Assembly: GCA_965248695.1 (NCBI GenBank)
Contig: CBDFKD010000002.1
Coordinates: forward strand, 3,872,001-3,936,000
Reading direction: 5' to 3'
Source: Acidobacteriota bacterium
GTDB lineage: Bacteria; Acidobacteriota; UBA890; WLXD01
Length of the DNA: 64,000 nt
Under the pieces are notes generated by a model. That model was not told the origin of the DNA and made no database searches. It saw only the letters and a program-made list of their open reading frames with translations. The translations under genes and the position numbers were made by a program. Within the stretch, counting starts at the first letter, position 1. Every line of letters starts with the position of its first letter. Shown piece by piece: positions 39,023 through 48,694 of this stretch.

Positions 39023-40751
39023 ATGACAAGCCAGATGAGGCGGGGCGGAGGGCACGGCGTTCGAGGGTTCGCGTTGCTTGGGGTCGTGCTTGCCGCGGTC
39101 ATGGGTGCCGGCCCAGCTCAGACGTACGACGTCATCGTCCGCAACGGCCGTGTCCTGGACGGTTCCGGCAACCCCTTCTTCTATGCTGACGTCGGCATCC
39201 GCGGCGACGAGATCGTCGCGCTCGGTGACCTCGAAGGGGCGACCGCCGCGCGCGTCGTCGATGCCAGCGGCCACTATGTGACGCCTGGGTTCATCGGCCT
39301 TCACGAACACGTCGACAACGACATTCTCGCCGGCGCCAACCGGGTGACCAACTAACACGACGCAGGGCTTTACCACCCTGGTGATCAACGCCGACGGTCT
39401 GTTCGGCGGCATCTGGCCGCTGCGCGAGCAGCGTGAAGCGTTCGAGCGCATCGGCCATGCGCCCAATCTGGTGCCGCTCGTGGGACACGGTGTGGTGCGT
39501 CGTCTGGTGATGGGCGAGGAGCCCCACGAGGTGATGCGTCATGCCACGGGCGATGAGCTCGAGCGCATGCGGGCGCTGGTTCGCGAGGGGATGGAAGATG
39601 GCGCCTTCGGGCTGAGCACGGGGCTGGAGTACAACCCGATGCGCTACAGCTCCGAGGAGGAGCTGCAGGAGTTGGCCAAGGTGGTTGCCGAGTACGGCGG
39701 CCATTTCCAGGCCCACATGCGCAGCCAGGGGCGCTATTCGAAGTGGCTGCTGCCGAGCCACATGGATCACCCGACCCAGCGCCACGTCGACTGGCTCGAC
39801 GCCATCATGGAGGTTATCAACGTCGGTCGCGTGGCCGGCCTCCCGGTCATGCTCGACCACATCCACCCGAAGGGCCCGCGCGAGTGGGGTCTCAGCAAGG
39901 CGACGACGCAGCTGATCGACGGGGCATGGCAGGCCGGCCATCCGGTCTATATCAACATGCATTCCTACGAGGGCTACTCCGCCTATGTGACGCTGGTGCC
40001 ACGCTGGGCGCTGGCGCGCGAAGAGGTACCGGGGCAGAGCGCCTCCGACGATTTCCCGCCCGTGGACTACACCGACATGCTCGGCAACCTGCAGGAGCGG
40101 CTGCTCGACCCCGAGCTGAGAGAGATGATCCGCGCCGATGCCGAGTACGAGGCTATCCGGCAGGGCGGCGCCGACAACCTGATCATCGTCGACTTTCCCG
40201 ACGCGAGCTTCGTTGGCAAGACACTCGCCGAGGTTGTGGAGGAGCGCGGCGGCGACTTCTTCGAGACCGTCATCTGGCTGCAGATGAACGGTCTGGATCA
40301 GCCGGGCGGCGTGCTGTGGATGGCCAAGGCCGTCGGCATGATCGACATCGAGGAATGGATGCGGCAGGACTACACCGCCGTGTCACTCGACCGCGGCTCC
40401 GACGATGGCAGCCGCACCAGCAAGTCCACCCATCCGGGCGAGTACGGTACCTCGGGGCGCCTGTTGCGAGAGTTCGTGTTCAATCGAGGCACCATCACGC
40501 TGCCGCACGCCATCCGCTCGATGACCGGGCTCTCGGCTCAGATTCTCCGGCTCAGCGATCGAGGCCGCATCGCGGTGGGTCAGAAGGCAGACGTCGTGGT
40601 GTTCGATCCCGAGACGGTGCGCAGCGATGCCACCTACCTGAACCCCTACGTCTATCAGCAGGGCATGAGCTGGGTCTTGGTAAACGGCAGCTTCGTGGTC
40701 GATGAAGGTGAGCCAACCGTGGAGCTGCCGGGAGCGGTGCTCGAGCGATAG
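39023..40751 (+). pseudogene. Secreted N-acyl-D-amino-acid deacylase family protein with a +1 frameshift at 39354 (pseudogene or read error)
   Basis: YDVIVRNGRVLDGSG, PGFIGLHEH, then AAC TA(A)C ACG ACG CAG restores NYTTQGFTT; GAFGLSTGLEY, HP..YGT, DRGRIAVGQKADVVVFDP. Confidence 0.85.
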
Positions 40752-40760
40752 GCTCGAACG

Positions 40761-43382
40761 CTACTCGGAGCGCAGCACCTCAACTGGATCGAGGCGCATC
40801 GCCCGCGCGGCCGGCAGGGCACAGGCCAGGGTCGCAGTCGCCAGCATGAGCAATCCCACTCCAGCGAGCGTTGCCAGGTCTGCTGGCGCGACCTCGAACA
40901 ACAGGCTTGCCGCGGCTCGGCCGGCGACCAGGGCTCCACCGATTCCGAGCGTCAGGCCTGTCACCGCGAGTCGCAAGCCATCGCCCAGCACCATGCGACG
41001 TACGTCACCGGCGTTGGCGCCGAGCGCGATCCGCACGCCGATCTCTCGACGACGCTCGCGAACGGCAAACTCGAGCACGCCGTAGGTGCCGATTGCTGCC
41101 AGGACCAGCGCGATGAGCGCGAAGCTCGACATCATGCGCAGGAAGAAGCGTGGCTTGTCGACCGAGTCTACGAGCGCCTGGGTACCGGTCACCAGCACGT
41201 CGACCGGCACCGCGGGGTCGAGCCCTCGGATGACCCGCCGCACCTCCGGCGCAACATCAGTTGGCGGCCCGGCGGTGCGCATGATCACTGACATGTAGCC
41301 CCAGCCGCGATGGGCTGCCGATGGATAGAACAGGTCCATGCTGCCGCGGCGGTCATCTTGTCCGATGAGCTTCAAATCCTCGATCATGCCAACGACGGTC
41401 AGCCACGGACGGTCGGAGTCGAGGCGAAATCGGCGTCCGACCGCGCTGGTGCCGTTGAACAGGAATCGTGCCAGCGCGCGGTCGACGATAACCTTGTCGC
41501 CGTCGAGGCCATCGGCATCGGTGAAGTTCCGGCCGACCACGATGGGTACACCGAGCGTGGGGAAGAATTCCTCATCCACCGTGGCGCTCGGTAGGTAGTC
41601 CTGTGGTAGTGGCCGGGGCTCGCGGCCGTCTGCCTGCGGCCGCAGCCCGAAGCTGATCGCGGGTTCCGGCGGGACGCCGTTGGCCAGCGAGGCGGAGACC
41701 ACGCCGGGCAGGCTGTGCAACTCGTCTCGCAGCGCCCGGAAGAAGTGCCCTCGTGCAACAGGATCCCCATAGCTGTGCCCCGGTAGCTCGATCGATACCT
41801 GCAGCAGGTTGCGGGCATCGTAGCCCGGGTCTACCGCCGTCAGGCGTACGAAGCTCCGAATCAACAGCCCCGCGACGACCAGCAGCGTGACGGACATCGC
41901 GATCTGCGCCACGACGAGGCTGCCTCGTAACCTGGTCGAGCTGCGTTCGGCCGAGGACCAGCGTGTCGACCGGCCGGCGAGCCCACCACCGGTCGCCCGC
42001 CAGCCGGGTAGGACGCCCAACACCACGCCGACGATGGTCGTTACCCCGAGTGCGAACGCCAGCGCACGCTGGTCGACCGCGACATTCCCTACCAGGAAGG
42101 ACGTGATTTCCGAAGGCAGCAGCCCGGCGATCGCCTGCACGAGGCCGAACGCCAGCACCACGGCGGCGGCTCCGCCGAGCCCCACCAACACGAGCGTCTC
42201 GGTGAGCTCCTGTCGAATCAGGCGTGCGCGCGAGGCGCCCAGTGCGGCACGCACGACGATGTCGGCTGCACGGCGACTGGCGCGGGCGAGCAACAGGTTG
42301 ATTGCGTTGAGCATGGCGACGCCGAGCAGCACGGAGACCGCGGCGGTCATCATCCAAAGGGCTCGCGTCACGTCGGCGTTGGCGCGGAACGAATCCAATG
42401 GTGCGGCGCGCAGTGACCAGCCGGCTGGATCCGGGTCGACCCCCTGGAGCCCATCGCCGATGGCAGCAAGCCGTAGCTCCAACTGATCGATGGATTGCCC
42501 GTCGGGTATCGCGGCGACTATGCGAATCCGATTGAGCCGGTCGCCGCCGACGATCGCGTCGGATGCGAGCGGCACCCAGGCGTCGGTTCGCAGGGTCGGC
42601 GGGAAACGGAAACCTGCCGGCATCACACCGACCACGGTGTGCGGTTGCTGGTCGAGAACGATCACGCGACCGAGCACGTCGGGATCGCCGCCGAGCCGGG
42701 CGCGCCAGAACTCGTGGCTCAAGACGCACACTCGCTCGCGGTCGGGAACCGCGTCCAGCTCGCTGAACCCCCGTCCGCGCTCCGGCGTTACGCCGAGCAT
42801 TCGCAACCAGTTGGTCGACACGGCGTGACCGGCGACTTGGTACGGATCATCGGCACCGGTGTGGACGAGCATCACCTGTGCGCGAAGTGTGATCTCCGCA
42901 TAGCTCGAGGTCGTTCGCTGCCAGGCGAAGGCGCGCTCCGGGCTTGTCCAGTCGGTGGAGCGCCCGTCTTCCTGGTCCACCGGCAACAGCGAAACCAGCC
43001 GATCGGGCGCCGCATAGGGTAGCGGTCGCAGCAACACCGCGTCGGTTACCGAGAACACCGCGACGTTGGCGCCGACGCCGAGTGCGATCGTTAGCACCAC
43101 CGCGGTGCTCAAGCCTGGGGCCTGGCGAAGCGCGCGCACCCCGCCGCGAAGATCGTGCGCTACCGATCCCAGCCAGCGAAGTAGTCTGATTCGCGGCTCT
43201 TCTTCGGCGATCTGATGCAGCGAGCTCCGAACTCGCGACACATTGCCGAAACGACGCCTGGCCTCGCCCATCGCCGCCCGCTCCGACCACCCGAGCTCGA
43301 CGAGCGCCTCGGCGCGCTCGCGAAGATGATGGCGGATCTCCTCGTCGATCCCGTGGTCCAGCAAGGGGTCTCGGGGTCGCAT
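40761..43382 (-). CDS. ADOP family duplicated orphan ABC permease (MacB/FtsX-like)
   Basis: EEIRHHL.ER...EARRRFG prefix domain; TIALGVGAN.AVFS; VRAALGASR.RL; REIGVRIALGA; DPVEVLRSE. Confidence 0.9.
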   Translation of the reverse strand: MRPRDPLLDHGIDEEIRHHLRERAEALVELGWSERAAMGEARRRFGNVSRVRSSLHQIAEEEPRIRLLRWLGSVAHDLRGGVRALRQAPGLSTAVVLTIALGVGANVAVFSVTDAVLLRPLPYAAPDRLVSLLPVDQEDGRSTDWTSPERAFAWQRTTSSYAEITLRAQVMLVHTGADDPYQVAGHAVSTNWLRMLGVTPERGRGFSELDAVPDRERVCVLSHEFWRARLGGDPDVLGRVIVLDQQPHTVVGVMPAGFRFPPTLRTDAWVPLASDAIVGGDRLNRIRIVAAIPDGQSIDQLELRLAAIGDGLQGVDPDPAGWSLRAAPLDSFRANADVTRALWMMTAAVSVLLGVAMLNAINLLLARASRRAADIVVRAALGASRARLIRQELTETLVLVGLGGAAAVVLAFGLVQAIAGLLPSEITSFLVGNVAVDQRALAFALGVTTIVGVVLGVLPGWRATGGGLAGRSTRWSSAERSSTRLRGSLVVAQIAMSVTLLVVAGLLIRSFVRLTAVDPGYDARNLLQVSIELPGHSYGDPVARGHFFRALRDELHSLPGVVSASLANGVPPEPAISFGLRPQADGREPRPLPQDYLPSATVDEEFFPTLGVPIVVGRNFTDADGLDGDKVIVDRALARFLFNGTSAVGRRFRLDSDRPWLTVVGMIEDLKLIGQDDRRGSMDLFYPSAAHRGWGYMSVIMRTAGPPTDVAPEVRRVIRGLDPAVPVDVLVTGTQALVDSVDKPRFFLRMMSSFALIALVLAAIGTYGVLEFAVRERRREIGVRIALGANAGDVRRMVLGDGLRLAVTGLTLGIGGALVAGRAAASLLFEVAPADLATLAGVGLLMLATATLACALPAARAMRLDPVEVLRSE

Positions 43383-43386
43383 GACG

Positions 43387-43725
43387 TTACCCCGCCGCGC
43401 CGCTCAGCTTGTCGACTGCCGCGACGTAATCCGTCCAGCGGCGCTGGCGTATCTGCAGCTCCTGGCGTCCTGTTTCCGAGAGCGAATAGTACTTAGCTCG
43501 GCGTCCCCTCGGCGAGACTCCCCAAGAGGCGCCGATGAGACCGCGGCGCTGCATTCGGTGCAATGCCGGGTACAGGCTGCCCTCTTCGATTGCCAGGGCC
43601 TCGTCCGTTGTTTCGTAGATCCACTCTAGGATCTCGAACCCATGCATGCACTCGTGGTTACCAAGTGTCTTCAGGATGAGGAATTCCAGCGTCCCCTGAA
43701 CGAGATCGAGAGAACCGGGAGCCAT
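43387..43725 (-). CDS. PadR family transcriptional regulator (acidobacterial type)
   Basis: GGAGG SD; QGTLEFLILKTL, HGFEI, EEGSLYPALHR, RRAKYYSL. Confidence 0.92.
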   Translation of the reverse strand: MAPGSLDLVQGTLEFLILKTLGNHECMHGFEILEWIYETTDEALAIEEGSLYPALHRMQRRGLIGASWGVSPRGRRAKYYSLSETGRQELQIRQRRWTDYVAAVDKLSGAAG

Positions 43726-43741
43726 GCTGCCCTCCAACTAG

Positions 43742-43790
43742 CCTAGATAATCTAGGACAAGAATAGGCGGCTTGACCTAGACGGTCAAGG
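43742..43790 (-). promoter_or_regulatory. Sigma70-type promoter of padR-ADOP with two palindromic operators
   Basis: TTGACC (43788-43783), 17 nt, TATTCT (43765-43760); perfect palindrome CCTAGAT-A-ATCTAGG at 43742-43756 and variant CCTAGA-CGG-TCAAGG at 43776-43790. Confidence 0.75.
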
Positions 43791-43809
43791 TCAGTCCCGT
43801 AAGCCTGTT

Positions 43810-44826
43810 TCACGAGCTCGTGCGTGCGGCCGTTTCCCAGCAGCCGGTCTCGGCGGATCGGAACAGCGCCTCGATGAGGCGCATGTTCTGCAGCGACATC
43901 TCCAGCGGGTAGGGGACGTCGCTGTCCTCGAGCACGGCGCGCGAGAACTCGTCGCCCTGAATGCGGTACTGGTCGCAGGTGTCGAATTCGACGGTCTCGA
44001 TGCCGGAGCCGAACCGGTCGCCGTCGGTGTCGACGAGCAATCGGCACGGTCTGTCGTTGGGAGCGTTGAAGGGGATCTCGAGCTCCAGTCGGCCCCGGTC
44101 ACCGAACACCGCTACCCGTTGGTGTGGCAGCAGCCTCGTGCTGCAGGTTCCGACGGCGTGCCCGGAAGGGAAATCGAGCATCATCGAGGTGACGATGTCG
44201 ACGGTGGACTCGGGATCGCGTTCGATCAGCCCCATGACGCGCCGCGGCTCCTCGCCGAAGATCATCCGGGACGTCACCAACAGGTAGCAGCCGATGTCCA
44301 TCAGCGCTCCGCCGCCGGCCTCAGCCAGGTTGCGGATGTTGCTGGGGTCGTCGTTGAAGTAGCTGAAGTAGCCGGTGTAGGAGCGCACCGCGCCCAGTTG
44401 GCCGGAACGGCAGATCTCCATGGCGCGCAGCCATTGCGGGTAGGTTCGCACCATGAAGGCCTCCTGCATCTTCACTCCGGTACGGTTGCGCGCCGCGATC
44501 AGATCTTCGGCCTCGGCGGCGCTCATGCCGATGGGCTTCTCGCACAGGACGTGCTTGCCTTGCTCGGCGGCGGCAATCGACCACTCTCGATGCAGATGGT
44601 TCGGCAGCGGGATGTAGACCGCATCGATGTCGGGGTCTTCCAGGAGCTCGGCGTACGAGCCGTACGACGTCGGGATACCGAGCGCCTGCGCTGCCGCCGC
44701 CGACTTCGCCGACTCGCGCGAAGCGATAGCCGCGATCTCCGAGAGCTCGCCGCCCTGCATCGCAGGGATCACCTTTTCGGTGGCGATCTTGGCCACCCCG
44801 AGTACGCCCCAACGCACCTTGTCCAT
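43810..44826 (-). CDS. Gfo/Idh/MocA family oxidoreductase
   Basis: MDKVRWGVLG, DAVYIPLPNHLH, GKHVLCEKP, GGALMDIGCY. Confidence 0.92.
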   Translation of the reverse strand: MDKVRWGVLGVAKIATEKVIPAMQGGELSEIAAIASRESAKSAAAAQALGIPTSYGSYAELLEDPDIDAVYIPLPNHLHREWSIAAAEQGKHVLCEKPIGMSAAEAEDLIAARNRTGVKMQEAFMVRTYPQWLRAMEICRSGQLGAVRSYTGYFSYFNDDPSNIRNLAEAGGGALMDIGCYLLVTSRMIFGEEPRRVMGLIERDPESTVDIVTSMMLDFPSGHAVGTCSTRLLPHQRVAVFGDRGRLELEIPFNAPNDRPCRLLVDTDGDRFGSGIETVEFDTCDQYRIQGDEFSRAVLEDSDVPYPLEMSLQNMRLIEALFRSAETGCWETAARTSS

Positions 44827-44936
44827 TCGTTCTCCCGATGCCCCATCGTGCCGGCCGTGCCGAGCTCGTTGGCCGGGCGCCGCCCATGGTAGTAGCCTGC
44901 GGCGCGGACCCGCCACCTTTCCGGAGAGACCACGAG

Positions 44937-45515
44937 ATGCTGACGAAGCTACCGATTCCGAGGAACACGCAGGTTGCCATCGCCGTGGCGCTGGGGCTCG
45001 CTCTCGCTGCCCCCGCGACCGGGCCCGCCAGCGCGTTGGCTGCCAACAACGCCCCAGAAGCTGCCGGGAGCGCCGTCGCGGCAGCGCCGACCGGACAGCA
45101 CCCGACGCTGCCCTCGAAGCTGGTACTGACGCTGGAGGCCGCCACGCGGGTCGCTGATGCCGCCGAGTCGGAGGCGCGCCGTAACGGCTGGGCGGTGTCC
45201 ATTGCCGTAGTGGACGATGGCGGCCACCTGCTGCTGTTTCGTCGCTCAGACGGCGCCGTGCTCGTGGCGACCGATATCGCCATGCGCAAGGCACGTACGG
45301 CGGCCTACTTCCAAGGACCGACGGTGGATCTCGAAGAGGAAGTCTCGGGTGGCCGTACGGCGCTGTTACCCATCGACGATTTCATGCCCCTGCAGGGAGG
45401 TGTGCCGCTGATGGTCGATGGCCAGCAGGTCGGTGCCGTGGGCAGTGGCGTCACCGGCGCGCAGGATGAGCAATGTGCGCTTGCCGGTGCCGCCGAGCTG
45501 GCGGGAGGCAGCTAG
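44937..45515 (+). CDS. Secreted GlcG/HbpS family heme-binding protein
   Basis: Signal peptide; VSIAVVDDGGHL, KARTAA, QGGVPL..DG..VGAVG(-)SG, QDEQCA; one residue shorter than the usual GAVGVSG. Confidence 0.82.
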   Translation: MLTKLPIPRNTQVAIAVALGLALAAPATGPASALAANNAPEAAGSAVAAAPTGQHPTLPSKLVLTLEAATRVADAAESEARRNGWAVSIAVVDDGGHLLLFRRSDGAVLVATDIAMRKARTAAYFQGPTVDLEEEVSGGRTALLPIDDFMPLQGGVPLMVDGQQVGAVGSGVTGAQDEQCALAGAAELAGGS

Positions 45516-45530
45516 GACAACCGCCAGGCG

Positions 45531-47183
45531 TCAGGCCTGATCTGCGTCCGCCTCCCACTGTTCACGCAGCACGAACTTCTGCACCTTGCCCGACGGGGTG
45601 AGCGGAAACCCCTCGACTCGGATCCAGACCGTGGGCGTTTTCTGTGGCGAAAGATGCTCGCGGCAGTACGCCCGCAGATCGTCGTCGCTGGCCGCGCTGG
45701 CAGGGTCCACGTCACGCACGAAGGCGCCGATCACCTCGCCCCACTTGGCGTCGGGCAGGCCGACGACGGCTACATCCGCGACCGCGGGATGTTCGAATAG
45801 CAACTCCTCGATCTCGCGCGGAAAGATGTTCTCGCCGCCGCGGATGATCATGTCCTTGAGCCGGCCGGTGATTCTGGTGTAGCCGCGCTCGTCCATCGAT
45901 ACGAGGTCGCCGGTGTGCAGCCATCCATCCTCGTCGATGGTCTCGGCAGTCTTATCCGGCATCTCGAAGTAGCCCATCATCACCAGGTAGCCGCGCGTAC
46001 ACAGCTCGCCCTCGACCCCGATCGGCTGGATCTCACCGGTTGCTGGATCGACCACCTTGATCTCGGTTTGCGGCAGCGCCGGACCTAGCGTGTTGGCCTT
46101 GTCCTCGGTGGTGTCGTCGTGACGCATCAGCGTGATTCCCGGCGATGCCTCGGTCTGGCCATAGATGATCTGGAAATCCACGCCGAGCGTTTCCTCGATG
46201 CGGCGCACAAGCTCAGTCGGTACCGTCGCTCCACCCGAACAGACGGTATGGATCGTGGACAGATCGACTTCGGAGAAGTTCGGGTGCTCCATCGCTGCGA
46301 TCAGCATTGTCGGCACCCCGAGCATGTGTGTGGCGCGCTCGCTCTCGACCAACTCGAGCATCCGGCCGGGGTCGAATTGCACCGTGCTGACCAGCGTGGC
46401 GTTAGTCTGCGCCGGCGCCAGCACGCCGATTACGCAACCGGCGGTGTGGAAGAACGGCATCGGGTTGAGGTAGACGGACCCGGACTCGACGCGCAGGCGC
46501 TCGCCAATGAGACGGGCATTGTTGGTGATGCCTCGATGGTGCAGGTAGGCGCCCTTGGGAAAGCCGGTCGTGCCCGACGTGTACTGGATCTGAACCGGGT
46601 CGTCGGGTAGCACCTCGGGCAGCTCGGTGTTGTGGTCGACCCCGGCGAGGAACGAGTCGAAATCCTCGAATTGCAGCATCTCGCGCAGGTCGGGGAGATT
46701 GCCGGCAACCTGGCTGACCGTCTCGTGCATGGGATTGCCGCGGAACTCGCCGGTGTAAAAGACCCCGGCGGAGCGCGACTGACGGAGCACGTATTCGAGC
46801 TCTTTGGCCTGGTAGGAAGGGTTGACGGTTACCAGCACCACCCCCGCCAGCCCGGCGCCGTACTCCAGGAGCACCCATTCCGCGATATTCGGCGCCCACA
46901 CCGCCAGCCGCTCGCCCTTCTCGAAGCGCACCGCGAGCCCGCGGGCGACGCTCTCGGCGTCGCGCAGTAGCTCGGCGTAGGTCCAGCGGCGGCACCCGTC
47001 GGCAGCTCCTTCGACGAAGGCCACGGTGTCGGGTGCCTCTGCTGCGGCGCGCCGCAGCACCGAACCGACCGTCGTTTCGAGGACCTCCGAGCTGGTATCG
47101 GCCGCGACATAACTCGACGTCAGGGGGCCGTCTTCGGCTTCGATGAAGTCGGCGCTGCTCTTCGATGTGGAAAGTACCGTCAT
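45531..47183 (-). CDS. AMP-binding acyl-CoA synthetase
   Basis: QYTSGTTGFPKG, YGQTE, GWLHTGD, GRLKDMIIRGGENIFPREIE, SGKVQK. Confidence 0.93.
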   Translation of the reverse strand: MTVLSTSKSSADFIEAEDGPLTSSYVAADTSSEVLETTVGSVLRRAAAEAPDTVAFVEGAADGCRRWTYAELLRDAESVARGLAVRFEKGERLAVWAPNIAEWVLLEYGAGLAGVVLVTVNPSYQAKELEYVLRQSRSAGVFYTGEFRGNPMHETVSQVAGNLPDLREMLQFEDFDSFLAGVDHNTELPEVLPDDPVQIQYTSGTTGFPKGAYLHHRGITNNARLIGERLRVESGSVYLNPMPFFHTAGCVIGVLAPAQTNATLVSTVQFDPGRMLELVESERATHMLGVPTMLIAAMEHPNFSEVDLSTIHTVCSGGATVPTELVRRIEETLGVDFQIIYGQTEASPGITLMRHDDTTEDKANTLGPALPQTEIKVVDPATGEIQPIGVEGELCTRGYLVMMGYFEMPDKTAETIDEDGWLHTGDLVSMDERGYTRITGRLKDMIIRGGENIFPREIEELLFEHPAVADVAVVGLPDAKWGEVIGAFVRDVDPASAASDDDLRAYCREHLSPQKTPTVWIRVEGFPLTPSGKVQKFVLREQWEADADQA

Positions 47184-47207
47184 CCATATGCCCCGTGCAC
47201 GTCGTTC

Positions 47208-48694
47208 CTAGGCCAGCACTTCGTCGATCACTTTGCCGTGCACATCGGTGAGACGCATATCGCGGCCGTTGAATCGGTAGGTCAGATCCTCGAAGTCGAG
47301 CCCCAGGACATGCAGAATCGTGGCGTGTAGCTCGTACATCGACTTACGATTCTCGACAGCGGCGTAGCCGTACTGGTCGGTGGCGCCGACCACCGTGCCA
47401 CCCTTGATGCCGCCGCCGGCGAGCCAGACGCTGAAGCCCTTGTTGTTGTGGTCGCGTCCGTCCAGACGCTCCGAGATCGGCAGCCGGCCGAACTCGCCGT
47501 GCCAGACGATGAGCGCATCGTCCCACATGCCGTGGCTCTTGAGGTCCTTGATAAGGCCGGCGATCGGCTTGTCGGTCTCGCCGCAGTGCATCTCATGGTT
47601 GGCGCGCAGGTCGAAGTGCGCGTCCCAGCTGGGCTGGAAGTTGCCGCCGCCCGAGAAGATCTGCACATAGCGCACGCCGCGCTGCACCAGCCGCCGGGCC
47701 ATCAACGCCTGCCGACCGAAGTAATCGGTGGGCTCCTCGTCGATGCCGTACAGACGCCGGGTGGCTTCCGACTCGGAACGGATGTCGATGGCCTCCGGTG
47801 CGCGGTCCTGCATGCGATAGGCGAGCTCATACGAATAGGTGCGTGCCGAGAGCTCGGTGTCGAGGGGATTCTTGTCGGCGTAGCGCTCGTTCATCGCATG
47901 CAGCATACGCAGCCACCGTTGTTGCTCGTCGCGCGTGCGGTCGGCGTCCGGCTTCAGGTCGACGATCGGTACCGGACCGTCGCGGAGCTGGGTTCCCTGG
48001 TAGGCGGCAGGGAGGTAGCCGCTGTGCCAGTTCGGCGGGCCGTTGATCGGGCCGCCGCGGTAGTCGGTCATGACGATAAACCCCGGCAGATCCTGGCTCT
48101 CGCTGCCCAGCCCGTAGGTAACCTAGCTGCCGACGCTGGGGTGGCCGGCGAGGATGCTGCCGGTGTTCATCTGAAACAGTGCCGGACCGTGCGCTGGGCT
48201 GATGCCGTACATGGAGCGGATGAGCGCGATGTCGTCGACGTGCTCGGCGACGTGCGGGAACAGCGACGACACCTCCATGCCGCAGTCGCCGTGCTGCTTG
48301 AACTCCCAGGGTGACGGCATCAGCCCGCCCGGTGTGCCCATCACCGTAGTCACCTCGCGCCGACCCCCTCCATGGTCTCGCCCTGGTACTCGAGCAGTGC
48401 CGGCTTGGGGTCGAATGTGTCGATGTGGCTGCAGCCGCCATAGCAGAAGATCGAGATGACGAACTTGGCGCGCGGTGTCAGCGGCGGCGTCTTGGGCGCC
48501 AGAGGGCTGTCCAGCTGTTGAGCGTGCGCCGCCGGGGTCAGGACGCCGTCCTGTTGCAGCATGTCGAGAAAGGCGAGCCCCGCTACGCCGCCGCCGAGGC
48601 GTCCGAGCAGCTCGCGGCGCGAGTAGATCTGCTTTTCCTGATGACCGCAGCCGTGATGATGATGGTGGCTGCCATGACGTCGTCGTCGGGTCAT
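47208..48694 (-). pseudogene. Tat-exported DUF1501 protein interrupted by a frameshift near 48357 and an in-frame TAG at 48125-48123
   Basis: SRRELL, GGCSHIDTFDPKP, PSVGS*VTYGLG (usually W), ARRLVQRGVRYVQ, WDAH, GEFGRLP, GRDHN, RLTDVHG. Confidence 0.85.

Noticed and set aside
20856-45515. glcB remnant and GlcG-like gene as parts of a broken glc operon
   Set aside because: They are about 23 kb apart, and the GlcG-like protein has a signal peptide like HbpS-type members
48123-48125. In-frame TAG in DUF1501 as pyrrolysine or stop-codon reassignment
   Set aside because: The column is a conserved Trp (TGG>TAG is one base), many genes here end normally in TAG, and the same gene also has a frameshift
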